Source of the DNA: Mytilus edulis
Taxonomy: Eukaryota
Assembly (NCBI RefSeq): GCF_963676685.1
Contig: NC_092353.1
Location: 8,680,001-8,744,000, forward strand
Direction of reading: 5' to 3'
Length of the DNA stretch: 64,000 nucleotides
Below the pieces are notes generated by a model. That model worked only from the letters and a program-made list of their open reading frames with translations. It was not told the origin of the DNA and did no database searches. The position numbers were made by a program, and so were the translations under genes. Positions 1 to 13,420 of the stretch are shown in pieces (position 1 is the stretch's first letter; every line of letters begins with the position of its first letter).

Positions 1-593
1 GTTTAATCGTAAAGTTATTGACAGTAATTATAGTTGTTGTTGTTGCAGCAGATCCAGAAAGAACTGGAAAATATATGAACAAAAAAAAATTGAATATATT
101 AATATATCATTGAAATTATAAAAACATTTCTAAAAAGAGTTTGAAATAGTTACAGTAACAAAAGTATGACTAATATAACTAATTTAACCTATTGCAATTG
201 GCTGCACATGACAATTACTTCTTTCGTGGATAATAAATAGAATCACTATTTCATAATGCCAGTTTATAAAAAATGTCAAAAAACAAAAATATCGAAATCC
301 GAGGATAATTTTAAACGAATATCCCCTAATCAAATGGCAAAATCAAAAGCTCATATACATATAATTGACGGATAACAACTGTCATAGTCCTAACTAGGTA
401 CAGTCATACACTTGTATAGATAGCTATTTTTTCTGATTTGAAAGTGGCATAGAAGTATTTTATAAATGTTAGACTATGTCTTTAACTGCTGTATATGTAA
501 CTATATTTGCAATTTGAATTTGACTTTTCCAGTAGTGTATCTAAAATTATTACAATTTAAGAAAGCTGCCATATGATCAATTATAATGTTTAC

Positions 594-672
594 CTGTAAC
601 TGTAATTATATTCACAATCATATATGTACAAGATAATGTAAACACTGTGCACATTCTCTGCGGTAAAAACAT
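594..672 (-). CDS. possible signal-peptide exon of an unidentified gene running off the window start
   Basis: TTTTATTGCAG|ATG...ACAG|GTAAAC encodes MFLPQRMCTVFTLSCTYMIVNIITVT(G). I could not join it in phase to a downstream exon. Confidence 0.25.
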
Positions 673-804
673 CTGCAATAAAAATAATTCCATTTGTCAG
701 AGTGTTCAATTACACATGATGTTTCACGTTCTGATAATGAATTTTGTTTTTTTTATTTTACAAATGATTACCGCAAACAAAAGTTTCATTTTGCAGATGC
801 TTCT

Positions 805-1460
805 TTGATATACATTTCCAAACTTATTCGATATTCCAGAGCTTGAAGCTCCTATTCAGACTGGTAAAACGTCACCAGTGTCAAAGTGGATGAATCAGGG
901 GTATGTTAAAGAACGTCTCATCGCTTTCCTAAAACAAGTTCATCGAATAACCAAGACCTTGTTGATAAATATTTCGTATCAACTTAACAATTAATACATG
1001 ATGGTCTAGGTTTATAGATTATGTGCACTGAATTTGTTTATCATATTGATAACCTGGTATTTTTTTTTATTTTTTTTTATTTGTTCTATTATAAATAGTA
1101 CTTTCACTGTTTGGTCTGTTTTCAGTAATATCCTTTTGACGTGGCTCGGAACTTATACATCCCGTCAATGAGTTTGTATTTTCTTTCTCTATTTTCTGGT
1201 GTGCTTTGTATGTGTGACTTTCCGAGTTCCTTTGGTACATATTATGTGGCTATATACTTTTTTAACATCCCGTCATTATGTTGTTTGTTCTATTAAAAGG
1301 CTATTATTTTAATGTTCTATTATGACTTTAGAAAATACTTTGAACTACAAAATTCTTTTCCTTTTTGCTGGTGTGCTTTGAACGTGCTACTTTTTGTGTT
1401 TCTTTGGTACACATGACACAGTTTTGTACTGTTAACATTTTACCATATATGTAATTGTTC
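805..1460 (+). mobile_element. decayed Penelope-like RT 3' end (third family) with repetitive 3' UTR
   Basis: IYISKLIRYSRA...MNQGYVKERL...QDLVDKY remnants with stops and frameshifts, followed by GTGGCT..TACTT..ACATCCCGTCA repeats also seen inverted at 4780-5290 and 5690-5810. Confidence 0.65.
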
Positions 1461-4400
1461 TATTATAATTTCATTATAATGTTATATAGAAATATTCCAT
1501 CGGATGTAGTACCTACCGGTGCCTTTAATATTATTGCTATAGTATGTAAGAAGTTGACAGGTATTCAATCAAAAAATATAGGTGATATTTTAGGAATCAA
1601 ACTAAATGTTACCTTTGTTACAACGAAAACCAGTTAGATACATTTTAAGAATAAACAGATATCTGCTTATGTTCCTCATACCTTAAACTTATGAATAATC
1701 TTGTCTTTTCGTCAGTATTCTTTCTTTATTTTGTTTTATATATATATATAAAAAAAGGCTTTAATCAGTATAGATTAATTACGTAAGGTCGCCGAGATTC
1801 AAATTTCCTTTCTGTGAAAATGCGATTCTGTACATCTTTATTGTGCTAGCCTTAATTTCCTATAAAGCAAAATCGTTATAACAAGACAAATTTAAAAATA
1901 AAATTGCTAACCATATTAATTTTCAATTTAACAGAAGATGGCGCAGACCGATTTCACTCGGCATGTAATCAGATACGTTTACTTCGCCTGAAATATTATT
2001 GAAACCTAACATTTTATTCGAGATGGTCTATAATATGACCTAACTCAATATCAATCTGAGAAGTTTAAAACCAAGGACATATGATTAAACCTGCATAAAG
2101 ATTGCATATTTATCATATCAAGGTGTACTTACAGGTCAGAGATTAAAGTTTCAAAGGAAAAATGTCCTGTTTGAATGACACTTAATCGTATTTTTAATAT
2201 AGCATTAATTTAATATTTCTAAGAGAAAGAGAAAAAAAAACGTCCTGCTAAGAAGAAATTTCTTAACAATTTTATTTAACCTTCCTTCTGTTAGTGCAAT
2301 TTTACTTCACCTGTCACGAAAAATCTATTCAACAACAGATGCGAAACTTACTATGATACTTTATTTTTAAATCAATTTAAAAAATATATAAACCCTTATC
2401 AGTTATCTCCACAGTGAAAATTCCTGATATTTAGTTTTAAAGTTTTATATATACTTGTTTTTGTTATCATTCACTTATATCAATTAATACGTTATGCTCG
2501 TGCTAATCACTCTCTCGTGAATTCATGAGCATTGCAGGACCTTGATTTAGAATAAAACCTAAAAAAAAAACCTCTGACATGTTACTGTGCCCATTTACAG
2601 CCTCTCTGGCTATGGTATAAGTGGAAATCTTTAATTTAAAATTCTATTAGGGATATTTTTAATTCTTAATTTCTTCGGCATTTTGTATTTTAGTGCTTTA
2701 CTTCGTTCAATCCCCAACATGGATAAGTTTCCTGATACAATATATCTGTGTCATAACTCAGTAGCGCGACATGTGTGTTTTACATTACGTAAGGTAATTG
2801 ATATTTTTACGTTATCAGGTTTACATTGTTCATAAATATAAGAAGGCCATTTTAAAATCGCTTTCTATCACACGGGAGACATTGAGCCATGGTTTTGTAA
2901 TTCGAGATACTTTCCGATTCTCAATTGCTCGCCATCAACGACCGATTACAAACATTGGATCGAGACAGCATAATTATAGACATCAATACAAGAGAGCAGT
3001 TCACTTTAACTTTCATTCCTATCGATACAGCCGTAAAAACATCTCAACATTACAGTTCAAGATATAAACAATTGTTAGAGCTGTACATACACTGTCAATC
3101 GTTTTCGGTTGGTATGTGAGAGACAGAAACTAATATATAATCGAAACGTCTTTATTTCTGTCACACGTCGGCTTAAATTAATACTTAAATATTTGAATTT
3201 GTCCTTGTCAAATTAGCTAGACCGCTTAAAAGTCCGGAACCCTGTCACAACAGATATAACATTAACTATCAGAAAAACATAAGTGGTCTGGACGAAAATA
3301 AAGATGTGTACAAAATTCAGGAAAAAAGCATATTCTGATAGTATTAACAAGCACGAGTTAGTTTCCAATATGTTATACAAATGTGTTAAAATTATATTAC
3401 CCAATTTGAGGATTAAAATGGTTATTGTGTATTTTAGAAAATGCCCATATGTTTTTATGTATTTAGAAGATGTCCATATGTACTTTGAAATACGTTTAAC
3501 ACAGAGGTGCTTTTTTTTTTAAATTTAGTACAATCCTAAAAATTTTGTCGATAGCAGTATTGTCAATTTTTGGTTGATGTTTGATTAAGTTTTAAAAAAA
3601 AGGTTATGAAAACAGACATTTTCTAACATTTTTACGACAAAACGGTTTAGAAGTGTTAAGTAAATGACATGTTTGTGTTTATCAAAAAATCATTGTATGT
3701 TTCGTAGCGTTAGTTTATGCATTTGGAATTTATACTTCATTTTGATCGAATCATCGATTGTTTGTTTATGTGTGTAATATTTATATTAGTCTGCTTACCT
3801 TATTTTACTTTCTTTACGAATATCAAATATACACTTAACATCTTGGTCTTATTGATATGAACAATGACATATCATTTATATATTTTTAACGCACGTTATA
3901 AACCCTAAGTAGCATTTAAAATGACTAGATTTAAAATCAATATTGTCAGGTTTAACAAGGGATCAACGGATAGTTGAAAACAACTTTATAAACAAACAAT
4001 TTTTCAAATCTGTAATACTAAACCTTCCTGTATTATTATACAGTCAAAGTAAAATCAGTACATTGTTATAAGTTACCTGTTTATTACCTTGAAATTGTTT
4101 TTCTTCGTATTTTATTTATTTTATTTTCTAATTGCATGAGCGGGTCCAGGATTATTGAAAAGGATAAAATTCCCGGAAAAAAAGAAGAAATACTACGTGG
4201 GGGGCGAACAAATAATCGGTGAGTGCATGCTAGAAAATTCAAATAAATTAGAAAAATAAGGTTTTAAAAAATGACAATCAAAGTGCTATACAATATCCTG
4301 GATCCGATTATGACATTTTGAGTAGGCGTAGGTTAATTAGGCGGGTGACGATGACACTGTCGATGCACTACGGTTTGATCTTTATATGAGTTCATGCGAT

Positions 4401-4945
4401 TCCATTATATCTTTTTTCCCGTGTATCCTTGATTTGTAGTTTTTTTTTTTTTAAATATTTGAGACGTGGGCAGCGAAACAAAAATGTCGGAATGTGTACC
4501 TCTTTGTTTGTTAACTATTTTAATGGATGGATTGAACCGGGTTTTATAGCTTGCTAAACCTCTCACTAGTGTGGCAGACGCATCAAAGTCCATTAAATTG
4601 ACATCGATGCATAATCAAATTAAACATACTATAGTTGTCAATGTCTGTGTCATTTTGGTTATTTATTGAAAGTTGTCCCATTGGCAATCATACCACATCT
4701 TTTTTTTATATAATAGGTAAAAATGTTTAAAAAAAAAAAGCAGTAAACATTGTATTATAATCTTAATCACTAAAATATATATATATATATAACAAAGAAG
4801 CACAAAACGGCACTTAGACCAAGCATATTTGCAATAATTAAAGACAAGAATACACAAATTTAATATGGTACAATAACACAATGTTGTAATGTATAAATAC
4901 AGAGCCACGGCATATATGTTACAAAGACACTTAAAAAGGCATATA

Positions 4946-5125
4946 TTAGTTTTCTCGTTTGAATTGTTTTACATTGTCTTATCGGGGCCTATTATAGCTG
5001 ACTATGCGGTATGGGCTTTGTTTATTGTTGAAGGCCGTACGGTGACCTATAGTTGTTAATGTCTGTGTCATTTTGGTCTTTTTTGGATAGTTGTCTCATT
5101 GGCAATCATACCACATCTTCTTTTT
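4946..5125 (+). repeat. family A copy inserted at a TATA site inside an older repeat
   Basis: The flanking repeat resumes across it: AAAAAGGCATATA|insert|ATATATAGACAAAGCAC. Confidence 0.75.
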
Positions 5126-6074
5126 TATATATAGACAAAGCACATAGCAAAAAATGTAGGACAAGCAACAAACAAGTTTAACAACAGCACACAGAAATAT
5201 CATAATATATTATGAGAGGATATACAAGTACCACAGGTATCTTAATAATAATAAAAACAAACAAATATTTAACAAAGAAGCACAAAATTGGATAAATGAA
5301 AATTATCCTTTTCATTCATTGCTTTCTTATTTTTGAATTTTATTTTTGTATGTTAAATCCACTAATAAACCATTGAAAGATTTTCAGTCCTAAGACCGAA
5401 TGGTTAAACTCACATGACTCAAACGTAGAATCCAGCGTTTGGCATCAGAATGTAAACGTCAAACGGGTAGAAATAATTTTGTCGTTTAAAGTATGAAAAC
5501 AATATAGTCTATAGTTCTATAGACATATCCTCTGCAGAAGTTACATTTCGTTGTTGCCGCTTTTCTATATGCTTATTGTGTGTTCTTCGTAAAAAAAAAG
5601 TAGAGTCACGTTATTATATATTATAGAAACACAAAAAGTCAAATAGGAAAGAATTAGCAAATATTGCAGACCAGAATGCAAAAATTATAATAGAACAATA
5701 ACACAATAGCGGAATGTTCAAGCACAGAGCCACGTCATATGTATCAAAAACGTCACACTGACAATGCAAATATGAAGGACAATGACGGGATGCATAAGTA
5801 CATGTCTTCTTATTTCGAACACTTATATAAATAAAACATCGATTTTTTTGTGTAAGCTGGTATTCATATTAGCATACATCAAAAAGTGTACAAACATCAT
5901 CCACAAAACTAGTTAATAAAATAGACCACTTCAACCAACAAAAAGTAAGGATGGAAACAATAACAGACGATTACAAAGACCATAAAAACACATGTTTTAA
6001 TTAATCTTCATTATTTAAGTTTGCCTTTGGTCCCTTTTACTTAACTAATGCAAATATGTGCAGTGCCTATCTGA

Positions 6075-6705
6075 GCGTCGGTTGAAAACAAAACTTTACG
6101 ACAAACGAGATGATTTCAGCTTTCCAATTGTGAACTTTCCATTTCTAAGTAGCAACATTCCGGCAGCACCTGCATACGGGGTATATATCTCCCAATTGAT
6201 ACGATATTCCCGTGCTTGCATTTCCTATCATGATTTTCTTGATAGAGGTTTGCTGCTCACAAGGAAGCTATTAAACCAAGAGTTCCAAATGGTGAAATTG
6301 AAATCATCCCATCGTAAATTTTACGGACGCCATCACGAGTTGGTTGACCGTTATGTAATAACCGTTTCACAAATGATATCGGATATGTTCCTTACGTCGT
6401 AACTACAATCCCCTTCCCTTTCATGAATGTGACCTACCAAATTAGACTATTTACCGGATTTGTAATCACATAAGCAACACGACGGGTGCCACATGTGGAG
6501 CAGGATCTGCTTACCCTTCCGGAGCACCTGAGATCACCCCTAGTTTTTGGTGGGGTTCGTGTTGTTTATTCTTTAGTTTTCGATGTTGTGTCAGGTGTAC
6601 TATTGTTTTTCTGTTTGTCGTTTTCATTTTTAGCCATGGCGTTGTCAGTTTGTTTTAGATTTACGAGTTTGACTGTCCCTTTGGTATCTTTCGTCCCTCT
6701 TTTAT
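6075..6705 (+). mobile_element. 5'-truncated Penelope-like (Naiad-type) element 3' end, second family
   Basis: KTKLYDKRDDFSFPIVNFPFLSSNIPAAPAYGVYISQLIRYSRAC...KFYGRHHELVDRY is the PLE RT thumb/C-terminal region. The ORF stops at 6402 with no downstream endonuclease; the 3' UTR is structured. Confidence 0.85.
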
Positions 6706-8021
6706 ATTGTTTACTACTTGATTGATATTTTGAGAGTCGTATAAATGTGTTATAAACATTTCTTCACTATTTTAAGTCGATTCTAACACCATGGAATGTT
6801 AAGGTCTTTATGGTGTAATCTAATACATTATGGAATCATACTCTATCACTGATGTAGTCATTTACTCTCATAATCATTGAAAAAACACCAAAAACATCAG
6901 TTTTTTTTCTACTCCTAGGCTCAAATCATTGCTTGATATGTATTATATCAAATAATATCATATGCATAGTACCAGTAACTAGGGGGGGTTAAAGCTGCAG
7001 ATAAAAATATAAATGATGGATAATTCATAAATGAAATGAGATCTAATTGTTTTGTGTTTATTTTGTGTTTGCATCTTTGCTAATACTTTTTTTACTTTCG
7101 GTACTTTCTGTCCTGCTGCTTCAAAATATTAATACTGTTATATTATGTTAATCGTAGTACTAATTTATTGTAGGGCATGTAGAAAAAATCCGTCAATTCG
7201 GAACAAACTAAAACCTATTTAGTTTTATGCATACTAGCCCGGGTTCATAATAAAAACCAATATGACAACAAATCAATTTTCTCACATACCAAAAGTGTCG
7301 ATAAGGAGAGAGTCACCTTGGGGAAACCCGGAACATTAAAGATAAACATGTCTTAAGTAAACAATAAGAAATTTATTACTCTAGACTTGGTTTTTCAACG
7401 CTATTGATTTTGTATGTGTCTACAGATAACTTAGATATACAAATATGATGGGTATTGTAAATTATCCTACTTGCATTTGTGTTACTGTATGTTAACAAAT
7501 GTATTGTACGCTTTACATCGAGTGCACCTATGTTGTAGGGTAATCGATAAAAAAAGGTTCGGAGGCCTGAAAGGAATAGTTTGATGCTCATACACTATCT
7601 TCATTCCTAAATAGTCATGATAACTTCTCAACGATCATATATGTATATTCATGTAACTTCGCAACGATCATATATGCATCAAAACACAAACATGTTTATT
7701 TCACATTAATGAATGAATTATTACAAATTTGATCACTTATGATGTTGAATTAGACATGTCTGCTATTATAAAACTAAATATTCACTCGTCACGTAATTTT
7801 GAGCTCAAGTAAAAGAAAACAGTGGTAAAATTTACCAAAAAAATCCAACTATATATCACATTGAATACTTGTTTGCAGCCATACACGTACATTTAAACAA
7901 AATGAAATATGTGTGCGCATTGATAGTTAACAAATGTACCAGGCCTACGAAACGTCCAACAGCAGTGGCATCTACCCAGTGGTGTAACTAGTTATCAAAG
8001 GTACCAGGCTTATAATTGTAC

Positions 8022-8065
8022 ATGCTAGACGCGCGTTTCGTCTACACAACACTCATCAGTGGCGC
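8022..8065 (-). ncRNA. minimal hammerhead ribozyme, core intact but stems degraded, within a ~7990-8170 repeat
   Basis: Minus strand GCGCCA-CTGATGA-GTGT-TGTGT-AGAC-GAAA-CGCGCG-TC-TAGCAT. Confidence 0.65.
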
Positions 8066-11000
8066 TCAGATCAAACTATTTAGAAAGTCAAAAAAAGAAT
8101 AAAGTTGAAGAGCATTGAGGACCCAAAATTCCCAAAAATTGTGTCAAATACGGTTGAGGTAATGTATGCCTCATTCCTTTCAAAAACCTATAATGTTGTC
8201 AAATTTAACATAAGTTGATGTTTCATGTGAAGATGTGTTGTTGATCGTATCTATGTATGATTTGCTGATGTTTCAAATTTTTCATGCATGGCTAATGCGA
8301 CCGGACCTGGGTAAATGTTTATTTTATATCAGTGTTGTACTTCGCAGGAAGTTATGCTATTATAAATAAGAATCATCATAATATGAAAAGGATTCTGACA
8401 AATAAGTGAACGTTCGTTAGTTAAAAGAAAATGAATCACTTTCAGTCTTTTATGTTTAAATTCCTTCAATTCTAATCAACAATCAATTATTATCATTCTC
8501 ATTTGAGATGTTGTTAGAAGGAATGGCAGATACACTGAAGTCCTTTCACTTAATTATACATATTGTTCTTATAATAGCAAATGCACGTAGACGTTTTCCT
8601 AGCTTTTGTTTCTTCCTTTTATTGCACATATTCTGTTCATGTTGGTTTTCTTGACCGATGTTTATTTATTTCATTTTTCAAAGTTTTGTACGTTTTTTGT
8701 AGAATTGATTTTTTTTAAATTTTACACTGTATCAGATTCAAAACAGATTCTCTCTCGTGTCATGATGAATTAAAAAAAGGGGGAAAGGGAATGTGTGTGA
8801 GAGAGGGTTTAAAGTAGACGGATGCTCATTGGTCATTGTAGGAAAACAGTGAATCATGTCACTTCATTTCTATAATGTATTCTAATGAAAGTACCAGTAA
8901 CGTGTGTTCCAGACGTACTGACGTACTGTGAATTCTGTACAAATGAGAGAAAATAACATATATATTCGTCATTTTAAGATAGAATGGATATGATTTGCCA
9001 AATGGAATCGAATATGACAGAAAACGTCTGTACAGTCAAGATAAATATGACTCATGGCTGCAGTATTTAGTCACACTCAATGATTTTATCTTATTTTCAC
9101 TTTTCAACAAATGCAGAACAATTTTTATTCATGCACAATTTTAAATGTTTATTATTAAAGAGTAATTCAAATAACACTATTATAATTACAAATGAATTAG
9201 TATGTATTTGATTCGCTTTTCTTGATTTCCCATTACTAGGAAGAGTAAGTAAACTGAATAATTTAATAAATGAGGACACACATGCATTAATCTTTGCTTT
9301 TTTTAAGCAGGAAAACAAGTCCGATTATCCCTCGTCTCTTCTTTGTTAGAATTCATTCATTTGTTCTCTCTTCTCTTTTCATTACGCAAATTGTTATCAT
9401 TTTGGTTTTTCGTATCCACATAACAATGCATTTCAGTGTACATGATGTACAATACATAAAACTATGCCAATTATACTTGACCTTGTAGCTTGGAAACCCA
9501 TGGCAAAATCAAAAGCTCATACACATCTTACGAATAAAAAACAACAGTCATATTCACCACTTGGTACAGGAATTCCCTTATATAGAGATTGTGGATTAAA
9601 TCTTATTTGTGATCATGATATTTAACTAGATCGACACCCAAAGTAGGAATTTTCTTTGTTTGCTAATACGATTAAAATCTGCAGAAACATGTATCATGTT
9701 AACCATATTTATATGTTATTCTTGAGTGTTTATCACATTGTTTTGCCACAATGCGAAACATATCAATTCGGTAAGCCTATTGAGTTGTGAATTAAACTGA
9801 CGACCTTCCCTACTAGAATGTATCATTAATGTCAAACTAAAAGGATAGAGTTATAAAACTTTACCCTCTATCTTCTAAAAATAATATTTGTTTTATGATA
9901 GCTATAAATTCTACCTAGTACAATAAGAAGAGTTTCTGTTTGTTTGAATAAGACTCTCACATCTATTTTAATTGTGAAGGCGATAGTATCATATATTGTA
10001 ATGTTTAATTATATTTCTTAAATCATATCCAGGCTGGTTTATAGCACTGAATATAACTGATTTATAACATAGTTTCATGTCTTTACAACTTTCAAATTAA
10101 TAAAAGTATAATCACATTTATAATATTTTACCTATTTTGAGGTAAAGATACAAATAGTCATTATAAAATCTTTTGAGTAATTAAAATTAACGATCTATCC
10201 ACAATTTTGAATACCAGCTGGTGCCTTCAATCATTATAATATAAGTTATAAGGCAGTTTCATAAATCAAGAGTATTCCATCAAGATCATTAGAAATACTG
10301 CCGTGAAATAACATTATTCTCCACATAATTTGAAATTGTGAATAGTTGCAACATTTGCAATCCTACAGCATTTTCTTATTACATATCAACTGCTAATCTA
10401 TTTAGTTTCTGCGAAACGACTTTTAATATTGCAACTATTACTTCAAATATTACGAAACATTTGTAGAGAAGTCATTCAGGTATCCTTACCATAGTGCTTA
10501 AAATTATCAGAATTTTGATCTTTATATTCATAGAACCGTTTCGAAAAGTTTATTAACATAAATTTCATTGCACTTATGAACAAAATAGCCATAATTAAAA
10601 TGTGATACCAAAATAGGAATGATTTCTTTCAAACAAAAACATACGTTCATTTTATCAATACCGGGTTCGAATTTGATCATTTGACCTTAGTCGTTCTTTA
10701 TCTTACAGGAAAACAATATTTTTTTTATATTGGATGTCCAATGTTTATAACATAATTAACTGACATGATCTGATTTTCATTTTTCCGGTAGTAAATTTGT
10801 CAACTATCCAAAAACGAAATGTTTGAATACATCGGATATGTTTATTATAATTGTATAACTGAAAGTATTACATTACTGAAAATGATTGATTTGCTATATA
10901 AACAAATCTCGTCTTCAGAAATACTGTGAAACTGTTTACTCGTGTAATATTATTAGTCAGTATGCGGATTCTAAAAATCCTATGATACTTCAACCCTTTA

Positions 11001-11122
11001 CATCACCATTCCAATGTCAAATTGAAATAATTAACAATGCTTTTCAATATAAAAATGGTCGTAAAAGCTATAATTGTATTGCTTTGTGATACCATATGAC
11101 ATTTTTGTTAATAGTGATAAGT

Positions 11123-12922
11123 AGAGGCTCTAAAGAGCCTGTGTCGCTCACCTTGGTCTATGTGCATACATGTATTAAACAAAGGGCACAAATGAATTCA
11201 TGACAAAATTGTATTTTGGTGATGGTGATGTGTTTGAAGTTCTTACTTTACTGAACGTTCTTGCTTCTTACAATTATATCTATAATGAACTTTGCTCATT
11301 AGTAACAGAGAAAAATATTTGGTAAAAATTTACATAAATTTACCAAATTAATGAAAATTATTAAAAATTGACTATAAAGGGCAATAACTACTTAAGGGGT
11401 CAATTGACCATTTAGGTCATGTTGACTTATTTGTAGATCTTACTTTGATGAACATTATCGCTGTTTGCAGTTTATCGCTATCTATAATAGTATTCAAGAT
11501 AATAACCAAAAACAGCAAAATTTCTTTAAAATTACCAATTGGAGGGCAGCAACCCAACAACCAGTTGTCCAATTCATTTGAATATTTCAGGGCAGATATA
11601 TATTGACTTGATTAACAATTTAACTCCTTGTCAGATTTGCTCTAAATGATTTGGTTTCAGAGTTATAAGCCAAAATCTACATTTTACCCCTGTTCTATTT
11701 TTAGCCGTGGTGGCCATCTTGGTTGGATGGCCAGGTCATCGGACACATTTTTCAAACAAGATACCCCAAAGATGATTGTGGCCAAGTTTGAATTATTTGG
11801 CCCAGTAGTTTTAGAGGAGAAGATTTTTGTAAAAGATGACTAAGATTTACGAAAAATGGTTAAAAATTGACTATAAAGGGCAATAACTCCTAAAGGGGTC
11901 AACTGACCATTTTGGTCATGTTGACTTATTTGTAAATCTTACTTTGATGAACATTAGTGCTGTTTACAGTTTATCTCTACCTATAATAATATTCAAGATA
12001 ACCAAAAACAGCAAAATTTCCTCAAAATTACCAATTCAGGGGCAGCAACCCAACAACGTGTGGACCGATTCATCTGAAAATTTCAGGGCAGATAGATCTT
12101 GACCTGATAAACATTTTACGCCGTGTCAGATGTCCACTAAATGTTTTGGTTTTTGAGTTATAAGCCAAAAACTGCATTTTACCCCTATGTTCTATTTTAA
12201 GCCATGGGGGCCATCTTGGTTGGTTGACGGGGTCACGCCAAACATTTTTTAAACTAGATACCCCAAAGATGATTGTGGCCAAGTTTGAATTAATTTGGCC
12301 CAGTAGTTTCAGAGGAGAAGATTTTTGTAAAAGATGACTAAGATTTACGAAAAATGGTTAAAAATTGACTATAAAGGGCAATAACTCCTAAAGGGGTCAA
12401 CTGACCATTTTGGTCATGTTGACTAATTTGTAAATCGTACTTTGGTGAACATTATTGCTGTTTACAGTTTATCTCTATCTATAATAATATTCAAGATAAC
12501 CAAAAACAGCAAAATTTCCTCAAAATTACCAATTCAGGGGCAGCAACCCAACAACGTGTTGACCGATTCATCTGAAAATTTCAGGGCAGATAGATCTTGA
12601 CCCGATAAACATTGTCCGCCGTGTCAGATTTCCACTAAATGTTTTGATTTTTGAGTTATAAGCCAAAAACTGCATTTTACCCCTCTCTTCTATTTTAAGC
12701 CGTGGCAGCCATCTTGGTTGGTTGACCGGATCACGCCATACATTTTTCAAACAAATACCCCAATGATGATTGTGGCCAAGTTTGGTTCAATTTGGCCCAG
12801 TAGTTTCAGAGGAGAAGATTTTTATAAAAGCTAACGACGATGGACGACGGACGACGACGACGACAACGGACGCCAAGTGATGAGAACAGCTCACTTGGCC
12901 CTTTGGGCCAGGTGAGCTAAAA
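11123..12922. mobile_element. non-autonomous Helentron/HINE-like element with three ~498-bp internal tandem units
   Basis: End hairpin AGGCTCTAAAGAGCCT; sub-terminal inverted repeat GCTCACCT...AGGTGAGC; (GAC)n microsatellite; terminal palindrome AGCTCACTTGGCCC-TTT-GGGCCAGGTGAGCT; unit marker AAAAATTGACTATAAAGGGCAATAACT at ~11363, 11862 and 12360. Confidence 0.8.
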
Positions 12923-12974
12923 ATTGGTAGAACATGTAACACAGAGAAACTAGTGATTATTATGCTGGAGTTTG

Positions 12975-13420
12975 TTAATGACAATAATTATATTTGTTGA
13001 ATTTGGAGGTGGATTTCTGCAAGAATTTATCAGCATTCTATGGAAACAACTGTGTCCTTCTCCTTATTTTTATACGAGTTTGAGATACAGCAGACACTAG
13101 TTTAAAACAAGAAAATCAAAGAAGCCAAATCTTTTAATTTCAATTCAGACGCATTGATGAAGTTTTTTCCCATTAACAATCCAAACTTTTCTGATAAGGT
13201 TCCATTAATCTATATTTCCGAACTAAATCTCAAAGAAACAACAGACTACCTCTGCCACAAACGTTTTATACTTCTACCACCAATTTCACATAAGTGGTTA
13301 TCTCAGTGCTGGAATCTATGACAAACGATCAAGACGATTTTAATTTTGAAATTATACATTTCCACCGACCTCAACAACAATATCCCAACTTCACCTGCAT
13401 ATGGAATATACATTTCCGGA
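12975..13420 (+). mobile_element. decayed Penelope-like RT core fragment
   Basis: Frameshifted remnants IFVEFGG, (G)I.M.TNC, R.ID(D/E)V..INNP, EL.LKETT, IYDKR..DDFNFEII and NIPTSPAYGIYIS. Confidence 0.7.

Noticed and set aside
6415-6465. Possible SECIS in the second PLE family (ATGAA...AAA...GGAT)
   Set aside because: The would-be helix II pairs poorly, and the apical As are not conserved in the copy near 49790.
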